32,000 nucleotides of DNA from an uncultured Fibrobacteraceae bacterium (GCA_963735155.1 CAVTJU010000003.1:1147319-1179318); one strand, 5' to 3'. Shown: positions 9,440 through 19,330, counted from the first letter of the stretch. Numbers and translations are program-made. The notes: generated by a model not told the origin, from the letters alone.

Positions 9440-11236
9440 TTATCCCTGGAATGCTTGTTTTTCTGGTAAAATGATTTTAAAAGTCGATCCCTTACCCGGT
9501 TCGCTTTCGGCAAATACCTGTCCATTATGGGTTGCAACAATATTTTTAACAATAGACAATCCAAGTCCTGTCCCACCGAGCTTACGGCTCCTTGCTTTAT
9601 CAACGCGATAAAAACGTTCGAATATTCTGTCAAGATGTTCGCGTGGAATACCAATTCCCTGGTCTGAAACACTGATGATTATTTTTTGATCACTTTTATT
9701 AGCTGATATGACAATATCGCTGCCTTCATTGCTATATTTAATGGCGTTATCGATCAGGTTGACGATAGCTTGCTCTATAAGAGAAGTATTCATAACAACC
9801 TGAACTGGTTGCTCCATCGACAAGAGGATTCTGGTATTTTTTTCGTTAGCTTTTCCAGTGCATGTCTTTATTGCGTCCTCCAGAACGGTTTTCAATTCTG
9901 AATTTATGAAGCTTATCTCATGATGCTCGTAATCCCGCTCAATAGACGATAAAGAAAGTAAATCATCCACAATTCTGCACAGACGATCTGTTTTTGATGA
10001 AATTATATTCAGAAATTCCGATACCTCACCAGGAAGTTGATAATTGCCAGTCTGAATGGTTTCAACAAACCCTTTTATCGATGTTAGCGGGGTTCGTAAC
10101 TCATGCGATACATTTGCAACAAATTCCTTTCTGATATTTTCAAGCTTTTTTAATCTGGTAATATCGTTAAAAACAAGTACTGCCCCTTCCGGTCCGCTTT
10201 TTTCATTATTGAGTATTGTCCCCGAAGCATTTACATTTAGATTACCATTGGGTGTATGCAGAATAAATGTAGTTTCTACAATGGTATCGCTTGATAATAC
10301 GTGAGTAGTGAATCTCTGAAGCGTACTGTTTCTTATGATTTCATGCAGCCATTTGTCACTTACAGAACCATCTGGTACGCTAAAAAGACTGGCTGCCGCA
10401 GGGTTTATGGATATGATTTTTTCTTGTGCATCAATAGCAATGACACCTTCAGTCATGCTGTTTAAAATAGCCTTTGACTGATTATGCTGGCGGGTTATCG
10501 TCACGATACGGTCATCGAGTGTTGAAGCCATTCTATTGAGTGAAGATGCTAATACACCGAGTTCTTCGCCGTGAGCGACAGGCAATCTGAAATTCAGATC
10601 ACCAGATGCAAATCTTTTAGCACCTTCGGTAATTTGGCTGATTAGTTTACTTAAATGTTTTGAAAGTAAATAGCTCACCAGTAAAAGCAATGCAAAAATA
10701 ATAAGTGATGCAAATACAACCCGAAGGTAAAACTGACGCTCCTGCTTTTTAATGGCGTTAATTGATACAGACATTCGCAATGCAGCGACAGCTGTTTTAT
10801 TAGATGTAAAAATTGGAAACGCAACATACAACATCTCATCCTGCATGCTTGTACTGAATCTTTGCTGAACGCCTCTTCCACCGCTAAATGCTTTCAATAT
10901 TTCCGGACGATTACCATGATTTTCCATGGAATCAGGATTCCTCTGTGAATCACCTATTACTTTTCCTGAAGGGAGGACAACTGTAATGCGCACAGAGATC
11001 GAATGCCCAATTGTTTTACATAAACTATCAAGTGAACCATGACGGTCTGGATCTGAAATATAATCAGTTAATTGTCTTTGTATAAGATAGGCGAATCTGG
11101 AAACATCATTGACTGTATTTTCCAGATAGAGCTGATTATACACTCTGGCAGAATACCAGGTTGTAATCCATATAGTTACAGATATAATCACAAAGCAGAC
11201 AAGAAAGAATTGCCAGGCTAATTTACGAATACGCAT
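9440..11236 (-). CDS. phoR: PhoR-type sensor histidine kinase (2 TM, HAMP, PAS, HisKA, HATPase_c)
   Basis: H-box [12 protein letters not shown] box [11 protein letters not shown] boxes DQGIGIP and [10 protein letters not shown]. Genomic context with phoB/pst. The ORF track starts at TTG 11245; ATG 11236 (MRIRKLAW...) is the likelier start. Confidence 0.85.
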   Translation of the reverse strand: MRIRKLAWQFFLVCFVIISVTIWITTWYSARVYNQLYLENTVNDVSRFAYLIQRQLTDYISDPDRHGSLDSLCKTIGHSISVRITVVLPSGKVIGDSQRNPDSMENHGNRPEILKAFSGGRGVQQRFSTSMQDEMLYVAFPIFTSNKTAVAALRMSVSINAIKKQERQFYLRVVFASLIIFALLLLVSYLLSKHLSKLISQITEGAKRFASGDLNFRLPVAHGEELGVLASSLNRMASTLDDRIVTITRQHNQSKAILNSMTEGVIAIDAQEKIISINPAAASLFSVPDGSVSDKWLHEIIRNSTLQRFTTHVLSSDTIVETTFILHTPNGNLNVNASGTILNNEKSGPEGAVLVFNDITRLKKLENIRKEFVANVSHELRTPLTSIKGFVETIQTGNYQLPGEVSEFLNIISSKTDRLCRIVDDLLSLSSIERDYEHHEISFINSELKTVLEDAIKTCTGKANEKNTRILLSMEQPVQVVMNTSLIEQAIVNLIDNAIKYSNEGSDIVISANKSDQKIIISVSDQGIGIPREHLDRIFERFYRVDKARSRKLGGTGLGLSIVKNIVATHNGQVFAESEPGKGSTFKIILPEKQAFQG

Positions 11237-11241
11237 TGTTT

Positions 11242-11934
11242 TCAACCTTGCTCTGCAAACCGATAACCCACACCCCGAACAGTCTCAATCATAGTTCCAG
11301 CCTCGCCAAGTTTACGGCGCAAACCGACTATTATTACATCTACTGACCTGTCGGTTACCGGATAATTATCTGATCGTACGCTGTCGATTACCTGATTTCG
11401 TGTAAACACCCATCCAGGCTGACTGGCAAGAAGATGGAGTACCTGAAATTCCATATGAGTTAAATCCAGTCGTTTACCTTTGTAGTTAGCTTCATGTCTT
11501 CCCGGGTGGATTTCAAAGTCATTAACATTCAAAACTGCGGAAGTATTGTAATTTTCAGAGGATTTTCTCCGCATAACCGCCCGCATTCGGGCAATAAGAA
11601 CTTTAGGGCTGAAAGGCTTTACAATGTAATCATCCGCGCCTAATTCAAGTCCTGTAATGATGTCACTTTCTTCTCCTTTAGCAGTAACCATAATAATTGG
11701 GAGGTGCTGGAGCTTATCGTCTTTTTTTATGTGACGACAAACTTCAATTCCATCTATACCTGGAAGCATCAGATCAAGCAACAAACAATCAAATTGCATT
11801 TTACGTATTTTATTAAGCCCATCTTCACCTGTTGAGACGATTGTGACATTAAATGATTCTCTTTGAAGATTATGACGAATAAGAATTTGAATATCTTCAT
11901 CATCTTCTATGACAAGGATATGCTCATGAGACAT
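11242..11934 (-). CDS. phoB: OmpR/PhoB-family response regulator
   Basis: Receiver motifs (LVIEDDEDI, LLDLMLPGIDG, MVTAKG) plus a winged-helix C-terminus (VRGVGYRF). Adjacent to the kinase and inside the pst operon. Confidence 0.9.
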   Translation of the reverse strand: MSHEHILVIEDDEDIQILIRHNLQRESFNVTIVSTGEDGLNKIRKMQFDCLLLDLMLPGIDGIEVCRHIKKDDKLQHLPIIMVTAKGEESDIITGLELGADDYIVKPFSPKVLIARMRAVMRRKSSENYNTSAVLNVNDFEIHPGRHEANYKGKRLDLTHMEFQVLHLLASQPGWVFTRNQVIDSVRSDNYPVTDRSVDVIIVGLRRKLGEAGTMIETVRGVGYRFAEQG

Positions 11935-12032
11935 TTCTTTTTTGTTCCTTTTAGTAACATCAGTGAAAAAGTCTATTAAGAACCATCTGCACAGAAAAAG
12001 TCAATTAATCATTTCAATTAATATGAATTATC

Positions 12033-12935
12033 TTAACTGAAAACTTTTTTCCTTATACGATAACGAAACAGTATGGCTGTCGCATTAAATATAAATGTTA
12101 ATAATAATAAAACCAGTGTTGTTGCATACTGAATCCCGCGAGTTGCATCGACATCGGGAGATTGAGTTGACATTATATATAAATGGTATCCAAGATTCAT
12201 GAATTGATCGGAAAGCGAAGAGGGGAGGTGAGGCAGAAAATACGCTGCTCCTGTAAATAGAATCGGTGCTACTTCCCCAGCTCCACGACTGACAGCCAGT
12301 ATCGTACCGGTCAGTATTCCTGTACTGCAGCCAGGCAAAACAATCTTAAAAATTGTTTCGAGACGAGTCGCCCCTAATGCCAGGCTTGCCTCACGTATTT
12401 CACGTGGTACTGCTCTTATCGATTCTTCCACAGAAACGATCACTACAGGTAAAGTCAGTACTGCCATTGTCAGGCTTGCCCATAAGATATTTGGTTGTCC
12501 CCATTTAACTGTAGTTCCACCTAAGAATGTATCCATTCCTGATCCGACAAATTGAACAAAAAAGCCCAGACCAAAAAGACCAAATACTATCGATGGTATT
12601 CCGGCAAGTGTATTAACAGCAAAGCGGATTATTTTTATGATGAAAGAATCCTGTGTAACATATTCAGAAAGATAAATCGCAGTTATCGTTCCTATTGGGA
12701 CCCCGATTATTGACATTAGAATGACAAGAAAAAAGGTACCGACAATTGCAGGAAAAATACCTCCGGAAGTCATTCCATCTGTGGGCGGACTTGTTAAAAA
12801 TTCCCAGCTTATACTCGGAATACCATTTACAAAAACTATTACTAATAAAGTAATTACCAGAGCGAGTATTACTACTACACTTAAACCGCAAACAGCCGGA
12901 ACCAGCATGCGAAGGAATGCTTTTCTTAAATTCAT
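12033..12935 (-). CDS. pstA: Phosphate ABC transporter permease PstA
   Basis: 300-aa polytopic permease with an EAA-like loop (EASLALGATRLETIFKIVLP). Its ATG overlaps the pstC stop (ATGA at 12932-12935). Confidence 0.85.
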   Translation of the reverse strand: MNLRKAFLRMLVPAVCGLSVVVILALVITLLVIVFVNGIPSISWEFLTSPPTDGMTSGGIFPAIVGTFFLVILMSIIGVPIGTITAIYLSEYVTQDSFIIKIIRFAVNTLAGIPSIVFGLFGLGFFVQFVGSGMDTFLGGTTVKWGQPNILWASLTMAVLTLPVVIVSVEESIRAVPREIREASLALGATRLETIFKIVLPGCSTGILTGTILAVSRGAGEVAPILFTGAAYFLPHLPSSLSDQFMNLGYHLYIMSTQSPDVDATRGIQYATTLVLLLLTFIFNATAILFRYRIRKKVFS

Positions 12936-14074
12936 TTGAATCGCCTCATAACAAGTTGGCGAACGAATATTTCCGCGGTGAAATTGATAAGAAACGAAAT
13001 TGCAAATAAAATCACTCCGATAAAGAACAGTACTCCATAATGAAAATCTCCAAATACAACTTCAGCCATTTCAGCCCCAATCGTTGCTGACATGGTTCTG
13101 GCAGGATCAAATGGATTTAGAGTGGAAAAGGCCGCATTACCCGTGGCCATGATAACAATCATAGTTTCTCCGATTGCCCGTCCGATTCCTAAAAGTATAG
13201 CAGCGAAAACTCCGGGTAAAGCAGCAGGAAGAACAACAAAAAGCGCTGTTTCCCATTTTTCCGCTCCAAGTGCAAGACTGGCTTCAATGTAAGATTTCGG
13301 AACCGCTTTTAACGCGTCTTCTGATATTGTAAAAATAACCGGAATTATTGCAATCGACAGCGCTAACCCGCCGACAAACGCATTAAGCCGATATTGATAT
13401 CCAAAAATGTTTTGCAAAAGAGATGCTATTATCAGTATAGCAAAAAAACCTATGACTACAGAGGGAAATCCTGCAAGAATTTCAATCACAGGCTTGACCG
13501 TTTCTTTGATGTAGTTAGGTGCAAACATTGTAGTATAAAGAGCTGCTAAGATTGCAATGGGTGCACTGAATAGTAGTGAAATCAAGGCGACTTTTATACT
13601 GCCCATGAAAAGTGACCAGATTCCGAATTTTGGCTGTAAAGAAACCGGTTGCCAGATCGATCCCAACAAATCCCAGAATGATTGTTTAGATTCTTGAGTT
13701 TCATTCAGTGATTGTTTGGTTATCGTTGACTGATCGTTTTCGCCCAGCATTTCTTCACCGTATGTTTCCGAAGCTTCAACGATTTCCGATGTTTGAACTG
13801 CTTTTTGATTAAAAATTGACGATGCTTCACGAAAAACAAAAACAAAGATCAGTATGATAAACGCAAGAGAAATGAATGCGGTAATCTGTATCAAATGTTC
13901 TATTACAAACTCCACAGGCTTGAAACTTCGTTTTACAAGAATATCTGCATTATTACTATTATCGCACTCTTGTATCGTAAATTCCGAATCCTGAGGAGCA
14001 AGTGATTGCAGAAGCTTCGCTGCTTTTTCACTGCAATCACTTTTTGAACCAGGCTTTTTATTCAATAATTTCAT
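12932..14074 (-). CDS. pstC: Phosphate ABC transporter permease PstC, with a long hydrophilic N-terminal region and extended first loop
   Basis: EAA loop EASLALGAEKWETALFVVLP. Start chosen at ATG 14074 (MKLLNKK), 16 nt after the pstS stop. The ORF-track start at 14140 would overlap pstS. Confidence 0.85.
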   Translation of the reverse strand: MKLLNKKPGSKSDCSEKAAKLLQSLAPQDSEFTIQECDNSNNADILVKRSFKPVEFVIEHLIQITAFISLAFIILIFVFVFREASSIFNQKAVQTSEIVEASETYGEEMLGENDQSTITKQSLNETQESKQSFWDLLGSIWQPVSLQPKFGIWSLFMGSIKVALISLLFSAPIAILAALYTTMFAPNYIKETVKPVIEILAGFPSVVIGFFAILIIASLLQNIFGYQYRLNAFVGGLALSIAIIPVIFTISEDALKAVPKSYIEASLALGAEKWETALFVVLPAALPGVFAAILLGIGRAIGETMIVIMATGNAAFSTLNPFDPARTMSATIGAEMAEVVFGDFHYGVLFFIGVILFAISFLINFTAEIFVRQLVMRRFK

Positions 14075-14090
14075 AATTAATTTTGTAAAC

Positions 14091-14928
14091 TTATCTGATT
14101 GGAAAATAACCGACTTTAGAAACAATTGCCTGACCCTCATCGCTCAAGATCCAGTCGATAAATTGCTTCATCGCACCTGTGGGTCGGTTTTTTGTATACA
14201 TATATAAGTAACGGCTTATTGGATATGCTCCCGATTTGACATTTTCAGCAGTTGGTAAATACCCAATGGATGCCGCATCTTTTTTTACTTTTATAAATTT
14301 TACACCTTTACCGTAAGCCGCGCCTCCGAATCCGATACCCTTTACATCGCGTGAAACTGCATTCACCACTGCTGGCTGTCCCCGGCATCGACTGCATTGT
14401 ACTTGTAAAATCCTGCCCTTTGAGCACTTCATCACGAAAGTACACATACGTGCCTGAGCTGTTTTCACGACCGTAAACGATAATTTTCGATTCAGGTCCA
14501 CCAACCTGTTTCCAGTCAGTTATGTTTCCTGTGTAAATAGCCTTGATTTGGTCTAAAGTCAGTTCATTTACAGGATTGGATTCGTTAACGTAAAGAGATA
14601 TGCCGTCTCTCGCAGTTTTAATCTCGACTCCAAGTGTGGAATAACGCTGTTTGAGTTTTTCCCGCTCGCTTGATTTGATCGGACGTGATGAATTGCAAAT
14701 GTCCGTAGTTCCGTTTATAAGCGCTGATATTCCAGTGCCGGAACCACCGCCTGTTACCTGGATCGATATAGTGCCGTTTTTAGCCATAAACTCCTCTGCC
14801 CATCTTTGTGCGAGGATAACCATTGTATCTGAACCCTTTACTGTTATCGTTGTTGTTGCAGCTGCAAATACAATCGCAGAAATTGTTATAACTGAAAGTG
14901 ATAACAACACCATACTTTTCTTTATCAT
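14091..14928 (-). pseudogene. pstS: Phosphate-binding protein PstS, split by a single frameshift
   Basis: ORFs 14308..14928 and 14091..14504 are the N- and C-halves of one PBP (TVKGSDTM, GGGSGTG / AVVNAVSRDVKGIGFGGAAYG, YPISRYLYMY). Removing one C from the CCCC run at 14380-14383 gives a continuous ...SMPGQPAVVNAV... AAGGAG SD before ATG 14928. Confidence 0.8.
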
Positions 14929-14978
14929 TTTAAACTCCTTATGTATTGTTTACAAAAACATTAATCTACATCTAATAA

Positions 14979-16406
14979 TTAAAACTTATACTGAACCCTG
15001 AAAGTAAAAACATTATCATTGACATCATTATCGAAATAGGTTACCGATGTTTCTTCGTTTTTAACCATATCATAATAGGCCATTAATTTTATATTTTCAT
15101 TCCAGTGGTAAATAAGTCCGGTTCCAATGGTAGAGTACTGCATATCTGCAGTTGATTTTACTTTTTTTTCTGACAGATCTCTATTGGGATCAAAAAAATC
15201 GTATTTGCCAACTACCTGACATTTGATCGGGTCGATATTCAATACCGCTATTCCATAAAAACCGGATATCTTTCGCTTGTATAATGGCTCTTTTGAGGCC
15301 TGATCTGTCTTTTGAGATACATTGCTTGATTTTAAAGAGGGCTGCTCTCCCTGAATGTATTCACCCCGAAGAGAGACTCCACCAAGAACTGGAATATTTC
15401 CATAGAATAGTTCCAAATCAGCACCAACGTATTGCCGATCGAACTCTTTCCATTTATGTCCGGCTGACCCGGTCCATGCATCGTTTTTGATTTCGTAAAG
15501 TGAATCCGCACGATTGCGAACTTTACCAAAATATCCTGATACTCCACCATCTATAGACAAATTGTAACTTACAAGAGGTATTGTAAATCCCAACCTGCCG
15601 ATAAAATCACGAAGATCATCAAACTCGATGTTGATTCCGTTTCCTGCAAAGAATCCCCCTTTGAAATTCAAACATCGTAAATTCGCTGGTAAATTATCTG
15701 AAGGCTGATACTCAAGCGAAAATCCAAGATCTCTTTCTCCCGGAAAAAGTGTCTGAAATATTCGGGACCGCTCCGGAGATTCCCGCATACTTGATGAATA
15801 GGAGATCTCATAGCCAAATGGACGATCGAAAATACCTGCTTTGATCGCAATACTTTTTATCCATGGTTCTGTGAACCGAAAATATGCATCTTTAACTGAG
15901 ACTCCGCCACCACTCATAAAGGCGCTGCTTTTTGTCGTCACTTTCTTAGATGTATCCTGAGAGGTTGATGATACTGCAGATCCTGTTGTAAAGGGTAGGC
16001 AATCAAGTTGAATTACCATTTGAGTTAGTGATGTTTCATACGCGGTCTTTATCCGTGCTCGTCGAAGCTGAAAAACCGAATTTGCCGCTGATGGAAACTT
16101 ACCTCCCTGAAATTCTCCAATATCGTATTTGTTTGTGTAATCACTATTGAGTTGACCTGCGGTATCTGTCGCGACACGTATCTGTGCCTGAAGGTAACCG
16201 GATACCTTTATCTTTGATAATTTTTCCACAGTTGGTTTTGTCGCAAGATAATCTTCCTCCAGACCGCTGACCTTACCTTTCAGATCTTCAATTTTTTCAT
16301 CACTACCTGTATTATTACCTATAAAGGAATTGGTATCCTCTTGTGCTGAAACCGGAAAAACTGAGAAAATCATAATCATTATTACTAACACTACTTCATT
16401 TTTCAT
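14979..16406 (-). CDS. Outer-membrane beta-barrel porin, probably phosphate-selective (OprO/OprP-like) given its context
   Basis: Start at ATG 16406 with AAGGAG 9 nt upstream. Signal peptide MKNEVVLVIMIMIFSVFPVSAQ, an N-terminal coiled-coil-like segment, alternating beta-strand pattern and a C-terminal ...FRVQYKF (terminal Phe). Sits directly upstream of pstS. Confidence 0.6.
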   Translation of the reverse strand: MKNEVVLVIMIMIFSVFPVSAQEDTNSFIGNNTGSDEKIEDLKGKVSGLEEDYLATKPTVEKLSKIKVSGYLQAQIRVATDTAGQLNSDYTNKYDIGEFQGGKFPSAANSVFQLRRARIKTAYETSLTQMVIQLDCLPFTTGSAVSSTSQDTSKKVTTKSSAFMSGGGVSVKDAYFRFTEPWIKSIAIKAGIFDRPFGYEISYSSSMRESPERSRIFQTLFPGERDLGFSLEYQPSDNLPANLRCLNFKGGFFAGNGINIEFDDLRDFIGRLGFTIPLVSYNLSIDGGVSGYFGKVRNRADSLYEIKNDAWTGSAGHKWKEFDRQYVGADLELFYGNIPVLGGVSLRGEYIQGEQPSLKSSNVSQKTDQASKEPLYKRKISGFYGIAVLNIDPIKCQVVGKYDFFDPNRDLSEKKVKSTADMQYSTIGTGLIYHWNENIKLMAYYDMVKNEETSVTYFDNDVNDNVFTFRVQYKF

Positions 16407-16441
16407 CGTTTTTAGCTCCTTAAAAGAAAATTCATTGTGAA

Positions 16442-16469
16442 TGTTAGCCAATTGTTAGCCCATTGTTCA
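16442..16469 (-). promoter_or_regulatory. Candidate Pho box: three 11-bp-phased hexamers (minus strand TGAACA-n5-CTAACA-n5-CTAACA)
   Basis: On the + strand, TGTTAG at 16442-16447 and 16453-16458, and TGTTCA at 16464-16469. These lie 36-63 nt upstream of the porin ATG. Confidence 0.4.
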
Positions 16470-16500
16470 TTTATTATTTGTGTTTTTGTCTTTTTTGTAT

Positions 16501-17178
16501 TTACTGCCTAACTCCTTCCATTTCACCATGTTTTACAACCCTTCCCATATTAGAGAACACAGATTCCTCCGCGATATTCAAACTGAGATCTGCTATTCGT
16601 TCAAGATTTCTGCTGATACGGATAATTTCAACCGCAGTTTCAAAAGACACGTTCGATTCATTCAGTACATCAGCTTTAACATTTGCTATTGTTGAGACAT
16701 TTAATTTGTCAATTTCTTCATCCCTTCTGAGGACATCTTCAGCAAGTATCAGATTTTTCTCAAAGAAACTCTGTAATGAATCATGTAAGATCCATCGGCA
16801 TTTATTTGCCATAAGCTGCAGGTCATATAAATTGTATTCGTCAGATTGAGAGGATAGTGTTTCTGCGGATTCAGCGATATTTACAGCATGATCACCGATA
16901 CGCTCAAGCATCGGATTGATTTTTTGAATCGAAAGAATCATTCTCAATGAATCAGGTAAAAGTGTTTTCCCGCTGAAGGCAAGCAGGTCAAATATTAAAT
17001 TATCAATTTCAATCTCAAATGCATTTACGGGCTTGTCTCCATCGATTACCTCTCTTGCTTTGAATAAATCAGCATTTATAAAGGAACTGACTGATTGCTC
17101 AAAGGCATGCTCGACAATTTGGGACATCGCCTGAAGTTTACATTCCAAATCATTTACATCGATCTGCAGGTTTACCAT
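16501..17178 (-). CDS. PhoU-family protein (second paralog)
   Basis: 225 aa with both PhoU repeats (MLERIGDHAVNIAESA and NLERIADLSLNIAEES). AAGGAGA SD before ATG 17178. Confidence 0.85.
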   Translation of the reverse strand: MVNLQIDVNDLECKLQAMSQIVEHAFEQSVSSFINADLFKAREVIDGDKPVNAFEIEIDNLIFDLLAFSGKTLLPDSLRMILSIQKINPMLERIGDHAVNIAESAETLSSQSDEYNLYDLQLMANKCRWILHDSLQSFFEKNLILAEDVLRRDEEIDKLNVSTIANVKADVLNESNVSFETAVEIIRISRNLERIADLSLNIAEESVFSNMGRVVKHGEMEGVRQ

Positions 17179-17227
17179 CTAAATCTCCTTTTTTAACTTG
17201 TCTACAGGTAAAAAGATAGATGAACTT

Positions 17228-17266
17228 TGTTAGGAATTGGTGAGCACTGTGTTTAATGATTGTTAG
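17228..17266 (-). promoter_or_regulatory. Candidate Pho box: four 11-bp-phased hexamers, followed by a possible -10 TATCTT
   Basis: On the + strand, TGTTAG 17228, GGTGAG 17239, TGTTTA 17250 and TGTTAG 17261. The minus strand reads CTAACA...CTAACAaagttcatcTATCTT, 50-88 nt upstream of ATG 17178. Confidence 0.45.
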
Positions 17267-17332
17267 AAGTAGGAAGAGAGGATTAAAATTTTAAAAGATT
17301 AATTTCCGTAATAATTAAAAAAGGAGCCAAAT

Positions 17333-17788
17333 ATGAAAAAGCTACATTTTGAAATCATGATTGATGCAAAGCCCGAAGATGTGTGGGATGCAGTGGTTAA
17401 TGACAAAAAATACCGGGAATGGACAAGTGCATTTCATGAGGGATCATATTTTGAGGGCGGATGGAATAAAGGAGACTCAATAAAATTTTTAGCCAGAAAT
17501 GAAAAAGGGTTCAGAGAAGGAATGATTTCAGAAATCGCTGAAAGTAAAAAAGATTCTTTCATTTCCATAAAACATCTGGGTTATATTTTGAACGATAAAG
17601 AAGACACTTCAAGCGATGAGGTCAAAAAATGGGCACCTGCATATGAGAATTATTCGTTCACTAAAGAGAATGGATTTACAAAATTTCAGGTGGATGCAGA
17701 CGCTGAGGATGATTTTGCGGAGATGTTCAGTGAGATGTGGCCTAAAGCCCTGGAATTATTAAAAAAGGTTGCTGAAGGGGAAGTGTAA
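17333..17788 (+). CDS. SRPBCC/AHSA1-like (START-fold) small protein
   Basis: 151 aa. The N-terminus (HFEIMIDAKPEDVWDAVVNDKKYREW) is typical of the Aha1/SRPBCC family. AAGGAG SD. Confidence 0.55.
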   Translation: MKKLHFEIMIDAKPEDVWDAVVNDKKYREWTSAFHEGSYFEGGWNKGDSIKFLARNEKGFREGMISEIAESKKDSFISIKHLGYILNDKEDTSSDEVKKWAPAYENYSFTKENGFTKFQVDADAEDDFAEMFSEMWPKALELLKKVAEGEV

Positions 17789-17967
17789 CTTGTATATGAA
17801 ACATTACGAATTATGATTATTGTGCTTTTTTCACTTGGATATATTACGGGTATAAAGACTCTGGTTTCCTAATCATGACTGGTAATTTACTATATTTAAA
17901 TGCAGAAAATTGAGTTAGCATATTACAAAAAACGGTTTAAAAATAATTAAATTAAAAGGGCGGACCA

Positions 17968-18603
17968 TTGCAGCACTCAGAACCATTTAACTTCAATGAT
18001 GTCTCGAGTTTTTATTATACGTCATCTCAACTCTCCAGAATTCGGTCCGCACAAATTGGAATAGCCGGTGCAGGTGGACTTGGATCTAACTGTGTGCTTG
18101 CGCTTGTCAGGAGCGGTTTTGAAAATTTCGTTATCGCCGATTTTGACAAAGTCTCTGTATCAAATCTGAACCGTCAGCAATATTTCCCGGATGATATTGG
18201 TAAATACAAAGTAGAATGTCTTGAAAATCTGGTTAGGAAAATAAATCCCGCAGCTAAATGCCTGATATATACCGACCGCATTACAAAGGAAAATGTCCGG
18301 AGCCTTTTTTCAGATTGTCAATGCATCGTTGAAGCCTTCGATAACGCTGAAAGTAAGGCAATGCTTGCTGAAGAATATATTGCAAGCGATAAGCTTTTGG
18401 TAAGCGTAAGCGGAATAGGCGGCTATGGAAAGACAGACCGGATTATTACAAGAAAAGTTCGCGATAATTTCTATCTTATTGGCGATGGAATTTCTGAAGT
18501 AGGGGAGAATAAGAAGCCCTTTGCTCCTTGCGTGATGGTCGCGGCAGCTAAACAGGCTGATGTCGTGTTGGAATGGTGCCTGGATCAAAATAAATTAAAT
18601 TAA
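17968..18603 (+). CDS. Short ThiF-family (family-2) adenylyltransferase / E1-like protein
   Basis: Rossmann motif IGIAGAGGLGSN followed by ADFDKVSVSNLNRQQYF. ~210 aa, like the short ThiF of anaerobes. Apparent TTG start; there is no in-frame ATG before the Rossmann motif. Confidence 0.7.
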   Translation: MQHSEPFNFNDVSSFYYTSSQLSRIRSAQIGIAGAGGLGSNCVLALVRSGFENFVIADFDKVSVSNLNRQQYFPDDIGKYKVECLENLVRKINPAAKCLIYTDRITKENVRSLFSDCQCIVEAFDNAESKAMLAEEYIASDKLLVSVSGIGGYGKTDRIITRKVRDNFYLIGDGISEVGENKKPFAPCVMVAAAKQADVVLEWCLDQNKLN

Positions 18604-18667
18604 TGAGCTGATTCCCATTTGGCATACTAATTGATCACTTATATACTCCATTTTTCAAGGAGGTATT

Positions 18668-19279
18668 ATGAAACTATTAGTATTGTACTACTCTGCTTAT
18701 GGTCATATTTTCCAAATGGCTGAAGCGGTTGCGCAAGGAGCAAAAGAAGTTCGAGGAACTGAAGTTACCATGAAAGTTGTTCCAGAACTATTGCCATCGA
18801 GTATTTTGGAAAAAATAGGAATCGCCGAAGCTCGAAAACATTTCAGACAAGATCCTGTAGCAACAGTGGAAGAACTTGTTGATTACGATGCTATTATTTT
18901 CGGCACACCGACAAGATATGGTAATATGGTCGGACAAATGAGATCTTTTCTGGATGGAACAGGGGCTCTGTGGGCTACAGGAAAACTGGTTGGAAAAGTG
19001 TCAAGCGTTTTTGTTTCCACAGCAACACAGCATGGTGGTCAGGAATCTACAATTCTCACGTTTATTCCAACTTTGCTTCACCTTGGATTTATCTATGTTG
19101 GTTTACCTTACACTTTCGCGGGGCAGATGGGGCTCGAAGAAGTAAAGGGAGGTTCTCCTTATGGGGCTTCAACTATCGCAGGTGGAAATGGTGAACGGCA
19201 GCCAAGCGAAGCAGATCTTGCTGGTGCGCGTTTCCAGGGAAAGCATGTTGCAACGATTGCATCAAAGTTAATAGATTAA
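18668..19279 (+). CDS. wrbA: NAD(P)H:quinone oxidoreductase, flavodoxin-like WrbA
   Basis: [14 protein letters not shown]..., [37 protein letters not shown]. Confidence 0.9.
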   Translation: MKLLVLYYSAYGHIFQMAEAVAQGAKEVRGTEVTMKVVPELLPSSILEKIGIAEARKHFRQDPVATVEELVDYDAIIFGTPTRYGNMVGQMRSFLDGTGALWATGKLVGKVSSVFVSTATQHGGQESTILTFIPTLLHLGFIYVGLPYTFAGQMGLEEVKGGSPYGASTIAGGNGERQPSEADLAGARFQGKHVATIASKLID

Positions 19280-19293
19280 CACAAGAGATCCAC

Positions 19294-19330
19294 TACTGGA
19301 TTGCAAATTATTGCGATCCGGTAGTTTTTA
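19294..19330 (+). terminator. Rho-independent terminator after wrbA
   Basis: 12-bp stem CTACTGGATTGC / GCGATCCGGTAG (two G-U pairs), 8-nt loop, then TTTTT. Confidence 0.75.

Noticed and set aside
17789-17967. TPP (THI-box) riboswitch upstream of the ThiF-like gene
   Set aside because: I could not find the conserved CUGAGA and ACCUGAUC...GGAUAAUGCC...GCG elements on the + strand. A covariance-model scan would be needed to be certain.
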